In this document: one piece after another, positions 59,131 through 64,000 of the stretch | Layout: the number at the start of each line of letters is the position of its first letter | How positions within the stretch are numbered: the first letter of the stretch is position 1 | Source of the DNA: Alphaproteobacteria bacterium | Lineage (GTDB): Bacteria; Pseudomonadota; Alphaproteobacteria; UBA9219; RGZA01 | Assembly: GCA_028278105.1 (NCBI GenBank) | Contig: JANQEX010000003.1 | Coordinates: forward strand, 6,972-70,971 | Direction of reading: 5' to 3' | DNA length: 64,000 nt | Translations under genes and position numbers: made by a program | The notes under the pieces: model-generated | Seen by the model: only the letters and a program-made list of their open reading frames with translations | The model's database searches: none | What the model was told of the DNA's origin: nothing

Positions 59131-60686
59131 GATGAGGATTCCGATTTGCGTAAAAGGTTTTTGAATTCGGAAAAGGTCATCGCCCCCGAAAGACGCAGGC
59201 TTGCGCCGTAGATCAGGGTCGCCGCCGCAAGATAACCAAAAAGCGCCGGCACCGCGACGAGTTTCGTCTGTTGCAGGATAAAATGCCCGAAAGGCCCGCC
59301 GGCCAGCAGCAGGAACAGGCCCATGACTCCCGCCGAAAAGACAATCCTGAGCGTGCGCGGCAGCACGCTACGGTCAAGATAAAGCAGCCTGCGGCGCCGC
59401 AACGCGAAATAAAGCATCAGCACGTTCGCCCATCCCGCCAGCCCCGTGGCCAGCGCCAGGCCCACATGCTTCAGGGGGAAAATCAGGGCCAGCGCGAGCA
59501 GAATATTCAGCGCCACCGCCAGAATGGCGAAGCGCACCGGTGTGCGCGTGTCGTGATGCGCGAAGAACAGGCTGCTTTCGATCTTCACCAGAATAAAGGG
59601 CACGACGCCCAAAGCATAGGCCGACAGCGCCGCCGCGGTGGCCACGGTGTCGGCGCGCAGGAACCTGCCATGCTCGAACAGCACCTGAATGATGGGCTGC
59701 GCCACCAGGCAAAGCCCGATGGCGGCCGGCAGGCCCAGCAGCAGCCCGGCATAGAGCGCCTGCGCGGTGGCGCTGCGCACGCCCTTGATATCCTCCGCCT
59801 GCACGCGGGCCGAAAGAATGGGCAGGAGCGTGGTGGAAATGGCGATGCCGATCACGCCCAGCGGAAGCTGGTTCAGCCGGTCGGCGTAAAACAGATGCGA
59901 CACGGAGCCCGTGGGCAGGAACGAGGCCAAAACGGTGGACACGGCAAGGTTGATCTGCGTCGCCCCCGCCCCCAGCGCGCCCGGCCCCACCTGCTTGAAC
60001 AGCCTTTTCACGCGCGGCGTCAGGCGCGGCAGGGTGACGCGCGGCGCAATGCCCAGCGTCTTGCAATGCAGCCAGAGCCACAAAACCTGCACAAGGCCGG
60101 ATATGGGCGCCGCCACCGCCATCATCCAGCCCGGCTCCCGATGAAAAACGGGGCTGAGCAGCAGTCCCGCCATCATGATGAGGTTGAAGGCAATCGGCGC
60201 GGCCGCGCCCGGCGCGAAACGGTCATGGGAATTCAAAACGCCCGACAGCATCGCCACCACCGACACCAGCAGCAGATAGGGAAAGGTGATGCGTCCGTAT
60301 TCAACCGCCAGGGCGAACACCTCCGGCCGGTCGCCGAAGCCGGGAGCCAGCACCGTCATCGCCTGCGGCATGAACAGGACAATCAGCGCGGTGAAAGGCA
60401 GCAGCACCGCCGTCAGCACCGAAATCCCCTCGCCCGAAAAAGCGCGCGCCCGCGCCAGCCCGCCTTCCTTTTTCACCCGCGCGTAAAGCGGCACAAAGGC
60501 CGCCGCAATCGCGCCCTCGGCAAAAAGCGAGCGGAACAGGTTGGGCAGCCGCAGCGCCACGAAGAATGCGTCGGCCACCGGGCCCGCGCCCAGCATGTTG
60601 GCGGAGAGAGTGTCGCGCAAAAAGCCGCTGACGCGGCTCAGGATCGTCATGCCGCCGACGGTCAGAATGGAACGGGTGAAATTCAT
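59127..60686 (-). CDS. murJ: lipid II flippase MurJ
   Basis: SILTVGGMTILSRVSGFLRD start pattern and about 14 TM segments. The ATG at 60686 is preferred over the TTG at 60722. Confidence 0.88.
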   Translation of the reverse strand: MNFTRSILTVGGMTILSRVSGFLRDTLSANMLGAGPVADAFFVALRLPNLFRSLFAEGAIAAAFVPLYARVKKEGGLARARAFSGEGISVLTAVLLPFTALIVLFMPQAMTVLAPGFGDRPEVFALAVEYGRITFPYLLLVSVVAMLSGVLNSHDRFAPGAAAPIAFNLIMMAGLLLSPVFHREPGWMMAVAAPISGLVQVLWLWLHCKTLGIAPRVTLPRLTPRVKRLFKQVGPGALGAGATQINLAVSTVLASFLPTGSVSHLFYADRLNQLPLGVIGIAISTTLLPILSARVQAEDIKGVRSATAQALYAGLLLGLPAAIGLCLVAQPIIQVLFEHGRFLRADTVATAAALSAYALGVVPFILVKIESSLFFAHHDTRTPVRFAILAVALNILLALALIFPLKHVGLALATGLAGWANVLMLYFALRRRRLLYLDRSVLPRTLRIVFSAGVMGLFLLLAGGPFGHFILQQTKLVAVPALFGYLAAATLIYGASLRLSGAMTFSEFKNLLRKSESSS

Positions 60687-60737
60687 CGGGGCGAGTATCC
60701 GGGCAAACGCCGCGGCAATCAAGCCCGCCCGCGTCCT

Positions 60738-61430
60738 TTAGCGGCGGTAAACATGCAGTTTGGCAAGAAACGGGGTGCGCAGGCGAATGACCTCCACCGG
60801 CTCCCAGCCGCCGCCCAGCGGAAATTCATTGGCAAGGACAAGCGCGCCGGGCTTCAGTTCGCGCGCCAGTTTTTCGCCCGCCCGCAAGGTAAGGCCGGAG
60901 GAAAGAAACATCACCACCGCGTCCGCGCCGGAGCAATCATGGGCCAGCAAATCGCCCCGCACGAACATAACATTCTTCGGGCCGAACAGGCGTTGCATCT
61001 GTCGCGCCCAGTTGTGCGGTCCGGCGCAAAGCTCCACGCCCGTCACTTCGGCTTCGGGAATGGCGCGGCCGATGCTGCGGCACAACGCGCCGCCGGCCGA
61101 GCCGAGATCGGCCACGCGAAAGGGCCGTGCACCGGACTCTTTCGCCGCCTGCTTCAGAATGCGGATCATCGCGCGGCGCTCGAACAGGCCGGAGGCCAGC
61201 ACGGGAACGCCGCCCTTGAAAAACAGCGCCGCCGACGCGCGCAAGGCGAAGAAGCCGAAAAGGACGGCAAGGATAATGCCCGCCATCCCGCCATCGCGCA
61301 CAAGGTGGAAGGCGGTAAAACCAAAAAAACACAGAACCGCGAGCCCGATGCCGCGCAGCAGAAGCGTGTTTCGCGCAGGCGGCGGCGCGGCGGCTTTACC
61401 GGAGGCGTCGTCGGGTGGTAAAGACGGCAT
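60738..61430 (-). CDS. class I SAM-dependent methyltransferase with N-terminal membrane anchor
   Basis: VADLGSAGGAL (motif I) and ADAVVMFL (motif II-like), with two N-terminal hydrophobic helices. Confidence 0.7.
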   Translation of the reverse strand: MPSLPPDDASGKAAAPPPARNTLLLRGIGLAVLCFFGFTAFHLVRDGGMAGIILAVLFGFFALRASAALFFKGGVPVLASGLFERRAMIRILKQAAKESGARPFRVADLGSAGGALCRSIGRAIPEAEVTGVELCAGPHNWARQMQRLFGPKNVMFVRGDLLAHDCSGADAVVMFLSSGLTLRAGEKLARELKPGALVLANEFPLGGGWEPVEVIRLRTPFLAKLHVYRR

Positions 61431-61595
61431 GGGATGATGAAAAAAACAGGGCAGCGTTTCCGGCGCGCACACACCTTGCTTTCGCCGGACAAATCACCTT
61501 ACCACCCTACCCTGTTTTTCCGAGGATTTGTCTTCATAAATAGCGTGCGGTGTCTCACCCTGGACATCACGCCCGTTCCGCAAGCATATTTCCGG

Positions 61596-61624
61596 TTGAA
61601 CCCGTGGCCACGTCCCCCTATGGT
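61596..61624 (+). promoter_or_regulatory. candidate sigma70-type promoter for tRNA-Glu
   Basis: TTGAAC (61596-61601), 17 nt, then TATGGT (61619-61624), 24 nt upstream of the tRNA 5' end. Confidence 0.4.
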
Positions 61625-61647
61625 AGCCGCCTTCGGCAAGGCCGCCT

Positions 61648-61723
61648 GTCCCCTTCGTCTAGTGGCCCAGGACACCGCCCTCTCACGGCGGCAACACGGG
61701 TTCAAATCCCGTAGGGGACGCCA
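61648..61723 (+). tRNA. tRNA-Glu (anticodon CTC), CCA encoded
   Basis: Acceptor GTCCCCT/AGGGGAC, anticodon stem CCGCC/GGCGG with loop CT-CTC-AC, T-loop GGTTCAAATCC. Confidence 0.9.
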
Positions 61724-61907
61724 TTAAGGAAAAAGCGGCCCTTGCGGCTGCTTTTTCCTTGATGACTTTCTACCAAGGTTTGAAGCCGTGGCGACACGGG
61801 TTCATGACGAGCAATTCCATACGCGCGGCGCGCGTGTACGCCGCGCGCAAAAAATGACAAAGCGATTGCGAAGTCAGGGCGAACGGCGCTCAAGCGCCGT
61901 GAAGCCA

Positions 61908-61926
61908 ATTCCCGTAGGGGACGCCA
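61908..61926 (+). repeat. direct repeat of the tRNA-Glu 3' end (att-like)
   Basis: CCCGTAGGGGACGCCA at 61911-61926 is identical to tRNA positions 61708-61723. The preceding AAT(T) also matches, with one indel. Confidence 0.75.
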
Positions 61927-62104
61927 CTATAGCAAAACCAAACAATTTCTGTATGCGGATTTCCTATATGCACATTCCCGCGACCCGGCTACACGAAAGC
62001 TACGTCGGGCCTTTTTGCAAATGTGCCCTGCGGAGCCGGGTCACAGGAGCGTTCGGAGTGGAACGTTCGGAAATGAACGCGCACGGCAATATGCTTGATG
62101 ATCC

Positions 62105-62338
62105 CTAATCTTCCGCCTCGCGCAGAAGCTTGAGGGCGCTGACCTTAAGAGCCGCGCAATAGTCCAGAAATTCGATGACATCAAGCTGGCGCACGCCGGT
62201 TTCTATGTCCGAAACAAGGGTCTGGCGTATGCCAAGCTTTTTCGCCAGTTCCGTTTGGGACAGACCCAGATCCCGGCGGGCGTTAACCAGCCGTTCCCTA
62301 AGCTTTTTTCTTCTCCGGCTATGTGGATTCCTGTCCAT
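62105..62338 (-). CDS. XRE-family helix-turn-helix transcriptional regulator
   Basis: RRDLGLSQTELAKKLGIRQTLVSDIETG, a classic Cro/CI-type HTH. Confidence 0.85.
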   Translation of the reverse strand: MDRNPHSRRRKKLRERLVNARRDLGLSQTELAKKLGIRQTLVSDIETGVRQLDVIEFLDYCAALKVSALKLLREAED

Positions 62339-62474
62339 GGGCCGCCTTCTTTGTTGCGCGGCCCTACCTCATAATCCGGTGTTTACCTTTACCGGAAAAT
62401 ACGGTACAATGGGATCGCTCACAACCTGATTGCCAAAGGGATTTAATCATTGGATTTTTTCCGGCCCCATTCAT

Positions 62475-62804
62475 CTACCCTTCCAACGCCCGCTGCACGG
62501 CGTCAGGATCACGAGCGATGACTGTAAGATAGGCTTTTGTGGGCTTGTCCGGCACAGAACGGCCTTGCTCCCAATCGCGCAAGGTGCCGAGAGGAATATG
62601 ATAACGGGCCGCGAATTCTTCCTGCGTCACGCCCAGGGCGCGGCGAATAATTTTCACCTGCGGCGTGCGTTTCATGCGCTTGAAATCCCTGGGTGTCAGG
62701 GGCGGCGCGTCAGGGTCGCCGCGAGCAGCTACATGACGCGCCTTGGCGCTCATCGCATCCAGCCGCCGCCAGTCAGGCTTGGTCGTCTTGACTGTTTTCT
62801 TCAT
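62475..62804 (-). CDS. brnA: BrnA-type antitoxin (HTH, XRE-like)
   Basis: IRRALGVTQEEFAARYHIPLGTLRDWEQGRSVPDKPTKAYLTVIARDP. The ATG at 62804 lies inside the 3' end of brnT. Confidence 0.8.
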   Translation of the reverse strand: MKKTVKTTKPDWRRLDAMSAKARHVAARGDPDAPPLTPRDFKRMKRTPQVKIIRRALGVTQEEFAARYHIPLGTLRDWEQGRSVPDKPTKAYLTVIARDPDAVQRALEG

Positions 62805-63063
62805 GATATTTCCGTCTCTCACAAGGTTCAGCCGCGCGGGCTGAAATGATACGGATGACGTCATCTCTCATCGCATACACCACAAGCAGAAGCCGGTCTT
62901 GAACCATGCCGATGATGATAAAACGCTCCTCGCCATAGTCTTCCCTGTCGTCCGAAAATTCGATGGCGAACGGGTCTTTGAACACGTCTTTCGCCACTTC
63001 GAAACGGACGCCATGTCTGGCATCGTTGCTCTTGGCCTTGACCTTGTTCCACGTGAATTTCAT
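62773..63063 (-). CDS. brnT: BrnT-family toxin (DUF497 ribonuclease)
   Basis: MKFTWNKVKAKSNDARHGVRFEVAKDVFKDPFAIEFSDDREDYGEERFIIIGM...VIRIISARAAEPCERRKY. Confidence 0.85.
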   Translation of the reverse strand: MKFTWNKVKAKSNDARHGVRFEVAKDVFKDPFAIEFSDDREDYGEERFIIIGMVQDRLLLVVYAMRDDVIRIISARAAEPCERRKYHEENSQDDQA

Positions 63064-63274
63064 AGTACTGGATACCAGTAGTTTCGTCAAGTATGAACCC
63101 CGGCCGCTTTTACCAAACCTTAACCCCGGCAGCCTGTTTTATTTTGTAAAGACGATTTTTTGACCGCCTCGCCGGACGCGGCCCAGCCTGTTGAACCCTG
63201 CCGCCTCCAATTTCATCCTGATGTCCCGGTTCGGCAAATTCATCCTGGCCGGGGTGTCGCGCGCGCAGGCATCA

Positions 63275-63523
63275 TTACAGCCGCGCCACCTTGTTATAGA
63301 TCCAGGCGACAAGGGCGCCGGCCACGAAGCCCTCGGCGAACGCCCACAGGGCGCCAATCACGGAACCCAGGAGGGTGGCCTCGTAGCCGATATAAAGGGA
63401 GCCGAGCGCGGTCACAAGTTCCGCGCCCCAGCCGAACATGCCGAACACGCCAAGGCAAAAGAAATACAGCGCGCAGACAGCCCCCACGGCGACGCCCAGC
63501 GCGGGCACATGACATTGACCCAT
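63275..63523 (-). CDS. small glycine-rich membrane protein (82 aa)
   Basis: Strong RBS GGAGGA 5 nt upstream of the ATG at 63523. Two to three hydrophobic helices with GxxxG-like spacing. Confidence 0.6.
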   Translation of the reverse strand: MGQCHVPALGVAVGAVCALYFFCLGVFGMFGWGAELVTALGSLYIGYEATLLGSVIGALWAFAEGFVAGALVAWIYNKVARL

Positions 63524-63573
63524 GACTTCCTCCTTCCGGCCGAGCTATTAGGTTCAATGGCCAATGACCAACA

Positions 63574-63693
63574 CGAACATTCCCGCCCCCGCCTGCGCGG
63601 GGGCAGGCTCCAGCGGGAATCCCATTTTATTTGATATAGAAACCAAATGGGATTCCGGGTCGCGGTTGCTGCGCAACCTTGCCCGGAATGTTC
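63574..63693. repeat. palindromic MITE/REP-like element, family A
   Basis: Runs GAACATTCCCG...CCCGGAATGTTC. Its first 56 nt are identical to 11748-11803. Confidence 0.75.
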
Positions 63694-64000
63694 ATCGGGT
63701 CTTTTCGATGATTTGAGTTTAATTATCCATTGAACCTAGAAATAAACCGTCCGGGCGGGGGCGCGGCCTGTCAAGCCGTCCTTCGCCGATTCCCCGGTAG
63801 CTTGACCCTTTGCATAAAGCCGCTTTTACTCAAGTCTTTCCCCAATGGCAGGCAGGCGTTTTGCTGGCTTCCAGCTTGTTCAAGATTGAAAACCGGAAAA
63901 CGCGGCGGCTGTGGCTGCTGCTGGCGGTCATGGGCCTCGCGCTCGGCCTGCGGCTGGTCTTCGCCGCGCAATGGCTGGCCACGCCCTTCGGCGCGGCGCC

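Noticed and set aside
61788-62108. 106-aa ORF spanning the att-like repeat downstream of tRNA-Glu.
   Set aside because: It has no RBS and no motifs, crosses the duplicated tRNA 3' end, and has mixed composition. It is most likely non-coding spacer.
63861-64000. Possible start of a membrane protein running off the window end (LLASSLFKIENRKTRRLWLLLAVMGLALGLRLVFAAQWLATPFGAA).
   Set aside because: It is plausible: the frame is open from 63801 to the window edge and has a hydrophobic helix. However, there is no clear start codon or RBS and only about 46 codons are visible, which is not enough evidence to annotate it.

Overview
This is a visibly GC-rich chromosomal segment with alphaproteobacterial-type gene content and synteny. 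No organism is assigned. The backbone is housekeeping. In order it carries: bioF (partial), bioD-bioA, an HU-family protein, tRNA-Ser(CGA), an acyl-CoA ligase, etfB-etfA, tsaD, gpsA, glmM, thiD, a D-Ala-D-Ala carboxypeptidase, ruvCAB, ybgC-tolQ-tolR-tolA-tolB-pal-cpoB, tilS, ftsH, rpe, mrdA-mreD-mreC-mreB, an OmpR/EnvZ-type two-component pair, folB, csaA, a phasin, TetR-proC, ybjN, ubiK, lgt, a MidA-like methyltransferase, pgeF, phzF, trpS, murJ and tRNA-Glu(CTC). Three things interrupt this backbone. (1) At least three families of intergenic palindromic REP/MITE-like repeats fill almost every intergenic gap. (2) Several opposite-strand insertions with visibly lower GC sit inside conserved clusters: a fibre-like secreted protein cassette between bioF and bioD, a J-domain protein between tolB and pal, a 580-aa orphan after ftsH, and an orphan block at 15.3-19.1 kb. 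(3) A degenerate tRNA-Glu-linked islet carries a BrnT/BrnA toxin-antitoxin pair. The most interesting signal is an unclassified structured leader RNA of about 180-220 nt. It is present four times: 3886-4076(-), 7768-7989(+), 8322-8538(+) and 23264-23445(-). The copies show compensatory base changes in at least five helices. The terminal helix sequesters the Shine-Dalgarno of a small single-pass membrane peptide ORF (86, 53, 53 and 43 aa). Two copies form a tandem duplication, one drives the fibre-protein cassette, and one abuts a transposase remnant. This looks like a riboregulated small-membrane-protein (type I toxin-like) or riboswitch-like system that I cannot match to any family I know. 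No rRNA, CRISPR array or intact transposase/integrase was seen. Many long ORFs in the track are antisense artefacts of GC-rich coding DNA.
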